Shown here piece after piece: positions 52,259 to 64,000 of a stretch of 64,000 nucleotides of DNA. Under the pieces are notes generated by a model, which was not told the DNA's origin, did no database searches, and saw only the letters and a list, made by a program, of their open reading frames with translations. Origin of the DNA: the human T2T-CHM13v2.0 reference genome, Homo sapiens; assembly GCF_009914755.1 (NCBI RefSeq), contig NC_060942.1; one strand, given 5' to 3'. The stretch's first letter is position 1. Each line of letters starts with the position of its first letter. Made by a program: the position numbers and the translations under genes.

Positions 52259-55200
52259 GGCTCAGGATAACTAGAAACTCCACAGACCTAGACTGCATGC
52301 CCAGATGTGGCACCTAGAGTGTAGGGTTCCTAGTGCCATGGAAGCATGTGGGCATTGGGGAAAGGGAGGAAGTTGGGGGAGAGTCACCCTCTAGGAAAAA
52401 AAAAATTCTCACCAGAAAAAAAAATAAAGTTAGCCAACTCTTATATAGACCTCATAGTGACCCGACACTAGACTAGAACACTTTTATCATCTAATTTTCC
52501 CAACAGTCCCATAAGAGAGATCCTCTCATTCTTTTCATTTTGTGGATGAGGAAACTCAGGCAAAGAAAAATTAAGTTGTTTGCCCAAGGCCAAAATCTAA
52601 TTAGAAGCAAAACTGGGATTTGAACCTAGGTCTCCCTGGCATCTTGTACCTCGCCAGTGGATGGCTTAAGAGCATGGAGAAATCAACAGCCCCAGAACCT
52701 GTGCTCGCTCCCTTGGGAGGCTGTTATTGCATCTGCTGCAGCTGTGCCCACTGCCAGGATGCCTCTGGCCAGCTCTTTGCATAACAATGCTCAGAAAAAG
52801 AACCAAGAATGACCCTGCTTAAGGGCGCTGTGACTTAAGGAAATGCTCACTCTCCCAGAGGAGAACCGAGAACCTCACTTGGAGACACAGAATCCAGAAT
52901 CCAGTGAACACCACTTGGCATCGGCCCTCCCAGGCTCAGTCCTTTGCTGCCTGCGAAGAGCGTGTGGCTTCCTCCGAAGGTGCCATGCCAGCGTCCTGCA
53001 TTTAACCTCCCCCACTGGGGAGCCTTGTTTACTAAACAAAGCGACTGCACAGAATCGGGCCTCTGGGGAAGGCAGCAAGGTGGAAGGGCAGGGGTCAAGA
53101 AGCGGGGTCAAAGGGCTGAGACCCTGGGGAAAGCGGGAGATTAAACATCCTCCTTTTCAAATCGGGAGGTTCAGATAATTAATTGGTCCCCGAACATGAA
53201 AGCTTTCAATGATTGTCCTGGGCAGTGGCCATTCCGCCTTGCTTCTCGTCTGGCTTGCTGGGACCCTCTTCTGCACTGCCCAAGCTGGGGCCAGACCAGC
53301 TGATACCCAAGCGGACAGAGGTCTGGCCCAAAGGAGGCCTGTGCCAGTGTCTGTCCCCACAGAATCCCTTCTTCACTGTTACAGTGACAGTCTGCCTTTC
53401 ACACAGACGGCCAACCTCTGGAAGGACCGGGCCTCTGAGGACAAGGAGAGTCAGGGATAGGGGGCCGCTTCCATGCTGGGACCACCATGGTGTACATGGC
53501 CTCCTGGCCAATTGGAACTCCCTGGCAGAGAGACGGCAACTGAGGGATCACGTCCTCCCTCGCTGCCCTGGGAGAATCTGAGTCTGGCTGATCCCATCAG
53601 GATTGCTCCCACTTTCTGAACCAGAAACACCCCAAAAGCCTTCTGACATCATGGTGATCCGTGAGAGTGGGGTGACAATTTCCCACATGGCATACCTGTG
53701 GGAAGGTGAGAGATGGGTACCTTGATGTCTTTTAAAATTCCTCTTTGACAAGGATGATGGTCATAAACATGAACGAGGACCACACACACACAGATGTTCA
53801 CCTGCTGCCCTCAAGTCTCTTGCCCGTCATGATGTGTGATCCCATTTTACAGATGAGAAGACAGAGACTTCTCATGAGCACTCTCTGGAGTCAGGGGCTC
53901 CTGGCTGCACAGTGGTCTCTCTCGGGGGAACAAGAGAGACCTCCGAGAAGGCATGTTCTCCACCCTGGAGAGTGAGCTGCTGCAGGGCTGGGCCAGGGGA
54001 GGGAGTGATTGTGGAGCTGCAGCCTGAGTCTGTGGGGCAGAGGGCCCAGTTTGCCGGTGGCGGCCTTGCCTGTCCTCTGCAGGGCTCCCATGGGCTTGGG
54101 AAGGGGCCATGTGGAGAACCCTCCTGGGTGCTGAGGAGCCAGTCTCTGGGAGTGGCCATTCTGGGCAGGACTCCCCAGAACTGTGCTCAGGCCAAGGCCA
54201 GCTCTGGTAGAGTCAGGATGACCATTGGAAAGCCCCCAGAGGGGGCAAAACTTAGCCGTGGGGATTGGGCAGGGTAGGCGCAGGAAGCCAGAGGCCCCTG
54301 CCAAGGGAACAGTGCACCCCATTGGCAGGTCCTTGGTCAAGGGTGGGGCCCGGGGTGAGGGACTTGCACCAGTGCGGGAGGGGTGGGGGCGGGGTTGCTG
54401 ATGACTGCTAAGTGCCCTAGCAATGAAGCTGAAAGGGCTCTCAGGCACCCCTTTCTTCTTTCCTGAAAGGATCAATCGCAGAGCTCTGCCTTTGTGTGTG
54501 TGATGGCCCTGCTGTGAAGTACACTTAAGGAATCAAGTTTTCTAAAATTCTATAAATCATTATTCCAGCCTCTTGCTCACCCGCTCCAAAATCATTCATC
54601 TGCTGAAATATTTAGCGATGGGTGCGTCTGCGCACACACACCCTGTAGGCAGGCATGCGGAAGAGGACATAGGAGCCGTGGCAGAGGTGTCCCAAGGCCT
54701 CTGCCTCTCTGCTGTCCCTTCACAGCGACCTTAACAGGCCCCATGATAGTCATGTGCAGGTGATCGTGACCAAATCTTGAGATGTGGCTTCCTCCGCCCC
54801 TCTCGAGGGCTCCATAAAAGGAAGTCCCCAGGGTACTGTGGTAACACCCTGGTGGCTCCCTCTGGGGTCCCAAAGAGGAAGGCGTGGGTGTGTGCACAGG
54901 TTTGTGGTCAGGTCTGCTAGGGTGGCCGGGGAACACCACCCTGTAGAAGTTGTTCCTGGCTCCTGTCCTCTGCACTGTTGGCCACTCTTAGCAAGCATCT
55001 GGGGAGAGCAGTGTTGTGCTGATGTGATGAGTTTAGCCTGTGAGTTGTGGGCTGGGCAGGGGAGACTGGAAGTGGTGGCCCTTTGGTGGACTTGGTTATT
55101 TGAGAGTGAGGGTTTTGGCCTGGTTCCTCTGTCCTCACCAGGGCTAGAAGCTCCAGTACTTTCCAGAATTTTCCACCCCTCCCTCCCTGTACACACACAC

Positions 55201-56858
55201 CCTGACACATGACAGGGCAGACCACAGCAGCCACAGCCAATGTCCCTGAAAGGCAAGGCAGGCCTGATTGATTTGCAGTGGTTGATCTGTGTAATGTCCC
55301 TTCTCCCCAAGCACCCATCTCGCCTGCAGAGGTGCTACATTACTTCGCAGGCCTGGCTGCCAGCCTGACACCCTACGCCCTGGAGGATGCTTGGGAGGTT
55401 ACAGGTGCAACAAGCAAAATGAAAATCCATAGTTTTAAACCTTTATGAATTGAGAATGTGAACCTGGCAAATGGACCCGGAGTTACTAACGGACAATTGG
55501 TGTAACCAGCCCATCCATCCTCCAGGACCTGGCAAGGCCATTTCCGTGAACTGCTGGCTCCTAAACACGGAGCCTTCCCTGAGCCTGCCTTCCCTCCCCC
55601 TTCTCAGAGTCAGGAAAACAGATGCAGGCATGGGAAAAAGACCTGCAGACGGCCTGCCAGGGGCCCCCCGGCTCTGTGTGCCCAGGTGAGGCCTTAGGAG
55701 GAGGCAGCAGTGGGTGTCGGGGAGGGGATTCAGGCCTCCTGGGCTGTCCAGGGCTTTAGCCAACCATCAATGGGCGAAACAGAGCCGCTATCCTGACTTC
55801 CACATACAAGCATTAGAAATCTCCTCTTGTACAAAGGAAGACCATATCCCAACCATACATGTGCACTTGACTCAATGGCTGTGCTATCAAGTGGGAGGGA
55901 CATCCAGCCCTGGGTCCCCCCGGTCCTAGCCATCTGTATGTACTAAGGACACTGTCTCTCAGAGCCTGCAAACATGCCATCCCTGCAATACCCATGAGTC
56001 ACTCACCTTCTCAGAGGAGCCTTTTCTGGCAATTCTGTTGAATGTTGCCCCAACCCTGTATTCCCTACACACTGCCTGCTTTATTTTCTCTATAGCTGTG
56101 GTCACAATTGGACGGACTGTATATTTTACTTATTTGTGGGTTTCATATCTGTTTTTCTCCTCTAGGACAGAAGCTCCATGAGGGCTGGAATTATCGTCTG
56201 TTCTGTTTGCTATTTTTTCCAAGCACCTAGAAAATTACCTGGCACATAGTAGGTGAATAATAAGTATTTGTTGAGTGAATAAATGAATGGTTGGATGTCC
56301 CAGAGGTGTGAGGCTTTTCCTTGTTTGAACCCCAGCACTCTGATCTCCACCCTCTAGAGGGGATTGTCCCTTTCCTGTTGCTGCTTCATTAGCTGTCGTG
56401 ACCTTGCCAGGACCTGCCTGCTCGGCTGCCTTCCCACTCTTTTTTCTCCTGTCCAGCCCCGCGCCATTCTCATGCTCCTGGTACATGAGAGCAGTTTACT
56501 GTTCTGCTCCCGTCTGGGTGTTCTCTCTTTTCCTGCAGGCCCAAGATCACTAATTAAATGAAGGGACTTGGCGTTTTTCTCCCTGCATGCCCCCATCCTT
56601 CACCAAGCACCCCCCAACCCCAACACTTGGACACAACTGATGCTGAGTTGGAAGTTTCCTAAAAGTTACTGTGGACTTTCCCTCTAGACAGCAGCATGAG
56701 CTGCTCCGCACCTTCACAAACAAGGGAACAAGGGGACAAGTTCAGCCCTTTGAGGATTAAACTCTGAAATCAACCCATGATTGATGGGGGCAGAGATAAA
56801 CAGCCCTGAGAAGCAGAAGGGACACAAAAGAAGTGATCAATAAATGTTAGCTTCCTTC

Positions 56859-57201
56859 TGCTGTGGTCTGAATGTTTGTGTCCCTTCAAAATTCATATCT
56901 TCATACCTAATCTCCAATGAGATAGTGTTAAGGGGTGGAGCTTTGGGCGGAGTCCTCATGAATGGGATTAGTGCCTTTAAAATATAGGCCTGAGGAAGTT
57001 TGTTTTCCCTTCTGCCATGTGAGCACACAGCTGGAAGGTGCCATCTATGAGGCAGAGCATGGGTCCTCGCCAGACACCAAATCTGTTGTCACCTTGATCT
57101 TGGACTTCCCAGCCTCCAGAACTGTGAGCAACAAGTTTCTGTTGTTTATAAATTATCCAGTCCAAGAAACTGTGTTACAGCAGCCTGAATGGACTAAGAC
57201 A
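56859..57201 (+). mobile_element. MLT1A-like MaLR solo LTR
   Basis: TG...CA termini (tgctgtggtctgaatgtttgtgtccc ... gaatggactaagaca); 5-bp TSD CCTTC at 56854-56858 and 57202-57206. Confidence 0.88.
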
Positions 57202-59274
57202 CCTTCCTTTTCCCTTCATTTTCTCACTGCACGAGTCTGGGGTATTTGTTCATCAGATGATGTGTCAGTCAGGATGAGTTAGGTGATCATGCTGCAGTAA
57301 CTAACAAAAGATTATTTCTAGATTATGCTATGGTCATGAAAGTTTCTTTCTGCCTCATGCTACAGATCCCCCATGGCTGAGGAGTTTTGTTGTAGTTCTC
57401 TTCATTCTGCACTGCAGGCAGATACAAGAGTGAGTATCTTTGACATTCCCTGTTGCAGAGAGAAAGAGAATGTATCATGAGTGGGTGCTTTCTTAAGTCT
57501 ACCCAGGAAGTGACATTTATATTCCCACTCACTTTTCACTGGCTTGAACATGTCACATGGCTATGTGGAGCAGGAAGGGCAATCTTGCCATGTGCCCCAG
57601 GGGAGATCCGGAAGTCATCTGATGAATAGCACTGACTCCCACCGTGAGAGGCCTTTTTCTGAAAGAAGGGGTGCACTGGGTCACTGCCGACACTTTTCCT
57701 GTTTTGAGGAACCTGTGAGTCCCTGTCTGTTTTCATGCCAGCCTTGCTGAGGAGCCCCAGGAATCTTCCCCTAGTCTGTCTGGGCTCCTCTGCAACAGTC
57801 TGCTCTGAAGGCAGCTCTTGTTCTTTGCCTCCCACAGGCGCCCTGATGGCTCCAGAGGGCAGCCTCTCGGTGACAGGGCTGTTTTTATGGATTGCTGAGG
57901 TTGGATGGAGGTTGATCAGCAGAATGGCCCACATCCTACGGTCACTCACCTTTGGCCTGAGCCCAGTTGTAGGGTGCTGCTGCTGTACCTGCAGAGGAAA
58001 GGGGGCAGGTGGCCAGGGTTGCAGACTTAGGCCCACTTGCTCTGGGGCCCAGGCCAGAAAGCACCAATTCTGAGGCTCCATCAAAGACCCTCTTCAGGGG
58101 CACAGGGCTTAGGAAGGCAGTGAATGCCTCCTAAGAGGCAGAGTTGGTTTGGGAACTCGCGTCTTTTTCTCTTTGTTAAAAAAAAAAAAAGACTGACTTG
58201 GCACATCATTTCAGTAGCGCTCTTTTCAGCAGATCAGACCCTCTGGTTCTTCTATCTTTTCAACACATGCCAATCTTGGATGAACCCAATTATCTGCCTT
58301 CATTCAAGGAGCTGAGGACTGTTGGAGGAAGTCTCACAATAGGACAGACAGATGGATGCCACTGGAAACGTACAAACTCCAATCTCAAATAAAGCCTCAA
58401 AACTGCCCAGCAACCCTACAGTGGTTCTCTGCCAACTTTCCCTCCTTCGCTCTCCAGAGTGATGAGTTCAGAACTTTGCCATTGCCTTCACACTTTCAAG
58501 CTCTTCCATCCTTGCCTTTCTTCTCACTCTTGACAGCATTTCTCAAAGTTCTTATTCTGGAAAACACTTTAAAATACTTTCTAGGTCTGATGTAACTCAT
58601 GCATAAAATTTATTTAATCTATGGATTGTGGTACATTAACATAATCAGGAAATTATAGATATTATAAACCAATAAAATGTCAATGCGTTTTTGAGTAGGA
58701 AAAAAAAAAGCCGGTGGGGCGGGGGAGTGGGGAGTGGGGTGGGGCATGGAAGGGAAATGCCTGAGAGTCACCAAAGGCTATGGAGATGTCAAGTTTCTTT
58801 CAAGACAGGCTTTTAATGAAGGAAGTGAAAATAGAGCAGATGAAAAAAATACACGTGCAATGTAATCAAGGCAAATGCATCTTCACAAATGCCTTTTCTA
58901 AGTTGTTAGTGATACAAAAGCCGCGGTAGAATCTGTTTCCTTGTGAGCCTTCTGGTGGTTTTGAACTATTTAAAACACACCAAAATGCAGACGGAAGGGA
59001 GCACCATGGAGCACAACAGACTGCAGGACGTTTGTGCGGAGGGGCACTGTGTGGCACGCGGCAAAGGTGTCGAAACTTAAAATAGAGCATCACTTCTTCC
59101 GAAACAGGAAAATATTCATGGGGGATTTTGCTCTCTTTTTGTATACATGTTCTATGTGGCTCTTTTCTCCCTTTTTTCGTTAGCTATATGGCAGAAAAGT
59201 TACCAGGAACCTGCATGGAAGTGGCACAGATGCCTTAGTGGATCTGGAATGTTAAAAAACAAGCTATATTTTTA

Positions 59275-59670
59275 AAAAAACTAGTGTAGTGAGATATAAT
59301 TCACATACCATGCACTTCATCCATTTAAAGCATATAATTCAATGATTCTAGTGTATTCACAGTTGTGTATCCATCACCACAATCAACTTTGGAACATTTT
59401 CACTACCCCAGAAAGCAACCCCCCACCTTTTAGCCATCACTCCCCAATCTCTCTATCTCTCCCAGCCAAAGGAAAACACTTGCCTATCTTTTGTCTCAAT
59501 AGGTTTATCTATCTGGGCATATCATATAAGCAGAATCATAAATAAGTGGTCCTTTGAGACTGATTTTTTTTCATGTAGCTGATGTTTTAAAGGATCAGCC
59601 ATGCTGTAGCATGTATTAGTACTTTATTTCTTTTTGTTGATGAATAATATTCTATTGTAGGTATATAGGT
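59275..59670 (-). mobile_element. L1M 3'UTR fragment
   Basis: gagatataattcacataccat...catcaccacaatcaacttt...gaataatattctattgta, homologous to the fragment at 33600-33940. Confidence 0.75.
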
Positions 59671-62600
59671 CATTTTTTGAATTACTGTAGTTCAAAAACC
59701 TAAGTATGTGACTGAGGAGAAAAGGGGTCACAACAAGTGAAGAAAAGAAACCTGCAGGCATTTTACTGCCAACCTGAACTCCTCCACTTTTAGGCTGAGC
59801 AGAAAGGATTCTGGCCTCAATAAAGGGTTCATGGAAAACTAAAAAGAAGCATTTGGATCAGTCTTGTTGATAAGATCTGGCAAAGGTTATGTGAGAGGAC
59901 CCAGAGAGGCTTTTAAATTCCATGTTTTATAAATATGTTTAACATTGTTTGGAGGGAAAAGTAGGAAAAAATATGTATTTCAATGTTAGTCATTAATTTT
60001 CTTAGGGCCATGTGATTGATCAAATATAGCTACCCTATCCCCAGGGAAGAACCTCTCAAGATAGAAGTGAAGGTCTTTAGGGCACTGAGACACAAACGTG
60101 AAGCTGTAAAGTGAAGGTAAATCCCCAGTCTCTGTGCAGATGTTGCTACTCCTGCTGTCTTCTTACTGCTGGCATGTTGCTTGCTACAGTCCAGATCCTC
60201 CAGCCACAGAGTATGTCTGTGCCCCTTAGGGCTGTATAAAATTACCACATTCTCAAGCCCAGCCTAGAGTCAAGAGGTTAGAGACTCAGAACAGTGGTAA
60301 CTACTGATGAAGCAGTTGCTTTTGAACTTTTTCTAAGTGTGATACTCCTGCTTGGTTGCAACAATGGCCCCAATTTTTCACCCTTCTCTATAGCCATACT
60401 CTTCACTATGTGAATCTGAGCTTCCTCCCACTGCACTTCAGGCAGTGTGACCTGCCCTATCCTTTAACACTGACCTCAGCCATGTCACTTGCTGTGGTCA
60501 ATGGGATGTCAGCAGAGGCATGAGCAAGCCAGCTGAACTGCAGTGCCTGGATGAACCTAGCCAAGATCAGCCAACCTTGACCTGTGAGCAGTTAGCAGTT
60601 CAGCAGAAGCATATAGTCAGCCCTTCACTGATTCCAGATGTTTGGATGTGAGCATACACTTATTGTTGAATGCCGTTGAGACTTTGTGATTGTCCATTAC
60701 CAGCATATAGTGGCAATGCATAACCGACACAGGACCTTCACAAAGTCGTTCTTAAATTCACTGTTTTTGCTAGGCGAATCTAACATTCACATTCTCCTTG
60801 CTTCATGCATTCCATCCCTGGATTTATGATTTTCTCAGACTGCATCTCGCATTCTAGTCCCTCATGTGTTCTCTCTGCAAGTCCTCTTTTTGCTCTTCTC
60901 TCCTGTTTTATGTGCCAGTGGTTCATTATGCTAATTTTCTCTCCCAGTCTCTCATTCCTTCATTATACACCATGAACAAGAGAGCAAGAAAATGAAAAAG
61001 ACCCAGAACTTTGGTGAGTTGACTGTTCAACTGCAAGATTGAGATATGGGATGAATGAATGAACTAGAAAATAGAAAACATTGATTGCTTTACGTTTTCA
61101 TCCACTCCATGTTCATCATAGAATGCCCTCACATGGTGGCAGGACAATCATTAACCTGTCTTAACTACATCAGAAGAACTTTTCAGTGAGTACTTTCATT
61201 AAAGGGTATTAATAGGTGTGACACAGGCTGGTGCAGGACATACAAGAGCAAAGAAGTAGAGGAAGGGGGAGGTGTGGCTTCCTGTCACAGCCAGCCTAGG
61301 TCCTACTGGCATTTTTACAGATGAAACCGTAAGCACCAAATGTGTATGCTTCAATACAGAAAGTCGCCAAGCAGTGAGGCTGCACTGCATGAGGTCAACT
61401 GTTTTCTAAATAACCTTCCGCCCTGTTATTTAGGAGGATGGAAACAAGAGACTGAACGAAATAAACAGAAAATGAAAGACAGGGAAGGAAGTGGTGGTAA
61501 TAGAGATGTGAGGAGAGGGGAAGCTGAGAGCACCTATCTGTGCCTTTGATTCAGGACAAGTGCATCAGGGCTTTTGAGATCTGGCCAGCCTCACTCCACC
61601 TCCCGGGGACTGCTTGCCTTGCCACGGCTGGTGGAAAACAGGACTGTAAAGTTACTTTCCCCAGATATTTAGAACTGGGGCTCAGGAGTCTCTGTTTAGC
61701 CTCTGTGCTGTGCACATGTGCAATGCTAAAGGTTGTGGAGCTGCTTAGCTGCTCGATCTGTGTAGGGAAGCAGAGAAACCTGGGAAGAGAGAAACAGAGA
61801 GAGGAGTAAATGAGGCATGAGGATGGTGTTTGTGTACTGCGTCCTAGCCCTCAGGGGGAGGATTAGGGTCCTTTTCGCTCTTGGTTGGGTTCCATGAGGC
61901 ACACTTATAATGACCTCCTCTCCACATGCTTAAGCCAGTTTGAGTCACTTCCTGTCACAACTGAAAGAGCCTTAGGGGAACCGGGAAATAATTCATAGTC
62001 AATCTATTTTACTCTCTTCCTCTTTCTTTTCTTTTGTCTGTTTCCAACTTCAGAGTTCAAGTCACTATCCCGCTTTCCCCAGTGCTGCATGTTGTTGAGT
62101 GGGCAGTATTGCTTGGAAGTGGAATCCATTGCACTGGAAGAAGGAAAATATCATGGCGAATTAGTAAAACTAAAGTGAGTTGAGGCAGTGGCTTTAGGAA
62201 AGAACATGTGGCTTGATGCAGGCTGACACAGGCATAGATGGGAAACGATGAACTCTAGAATGTTTTGTGCCCTTCCAGTTGGAGGATTAGGGAGAACTAA
62301 GAACGCTATTAGAGTTTGACCAAGTAGAGTTAAGGCCCGTTGGCCAAAGGCCACCTGGATTGCCCAGGAAATGATGCTGTAACCTTACGATAATGATCCT
62401 ACAGGAAATTCATATGCAAATGAAGTGCAAAGTAATTAGAGTAATTAGTGGCAAAGCAATATGTGGTTCCAACAGCTCTGCCTTGGGGGGCTGGCGAGGA
62501 GGGGTGGAGATTGTGTTGCAGCGAAGACAAAGAAGAGAAAACTGAGTTACATAAAAAAGAGAATCTGTGTGCCTGTGAAGCAGACAATAAATGCACACAT

Positions 62601-62809
62601 ACATGAACACGAAAAATATCTGCCAGTGAAGCTCTTTGTGGAGAATTGAAATAGGGCAATGTGATTATGGTAGGGTGGCAATTTGAGATTAGATGATTAG
62701 GGTATCTGAATTAATTTTTAAAAGTTTTTACTTACAATTAAACTTTGACACCAGGAGCTCTGCCTTATGACCACGTTTGAGAACCACTGCAGCAGGGAGT
62801 ATAGGAAAT

Positions 62810-63608
<799 letters not shown>

Positions 63609-63827
63609 GAAACGCAAGATCAAATCCAGCCACCTGAGGCATTGACCATCTCCTAGGGGAGAGAATCAGAAAGCTTGTAGAAAGTGCTCATTGGACGTGG
63701 GATGGAGTAAATTCAACAGGGTTTATCTGAAGATGCTTCTTTAAATCATTTTTCCAAGCCCTCTTAGCCACAGCCTTCTCGGTGAACCAGGAGAATTTCA
63801 TATTTGTTGGCATTAGCCCCTCAATTC

Positions 63828-64000
63828 TGAAACTATCTTGGCAAAAGTTATCATAATAAGAAAATCTAACATAGAAAAATGAGGACAGTAAGAGAAATCT
63901 GACATAGCTGACTCCATCTTGCTTCTATCCTCTCAGCTGTCCTTGTTCATTCCTGGGCATAAGCCAAGCTAACATTAAGAGGAATTTAGTTTATAGTTTA
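63828..64000 (+). mobile_element. LTR8-like ERV1 LTR, 5' part (cut by the window end)
   Basis: tgaaactatcttggcaaaa...gactccatcttgcttcta...gctgtccttgttcattcctgggc...aggaatttagtttatagttt resembles the recalled LTR8 consensus. Confidence 0.7.

Noticed and set aside
53891-55310. 194-aa and 186-aa minus ORFs in a GC-rich region
   Set aside because: Pro/Gly/Ser-rich composition, overlapping ORFs on both strands, no homology recognised and no convincing exon structure.

Overview
Human (primate) genomic DNA that I recognise as 18q21.31. Left end: the last intron of WDR7 with a hairpin-forming 69-bp VNTR (16 full units plus one partial, 379-1527), the last coding exon of WDR7 (3576-3779, +) and a ~2.6-kb 3'UTR. 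Then ~25 kb of repeat-rich intergenic DNA (AluYb8, older Alus, L1, MER and LTR relics). A 7855-bp HERV-H provirus on the minus strand (41510-49364) has two 453-bp LTR7 copies, an AAGCC target-site duplication, a tRNA-His PBS and degraded gag/pro/pol. Unusually, its env is almost complete. The 5' LTR drives the spliced lncRNA LINC-ROR (four exons traceable by splice signals, ~49015 to ~31420), convergent with WDR7. Most notable: env is broken by a single apparent 4-bp deletion. This leaves a 175-aa signal-peptide+CWLC SU ORF (a possible secreted, suppressyn-like product) and an open 402-codon SU-TM frame, both inside an intron of a pluripotency-associated lncRNA. All gene and repeat-family names come from recalled sequence recognition, not database searches.
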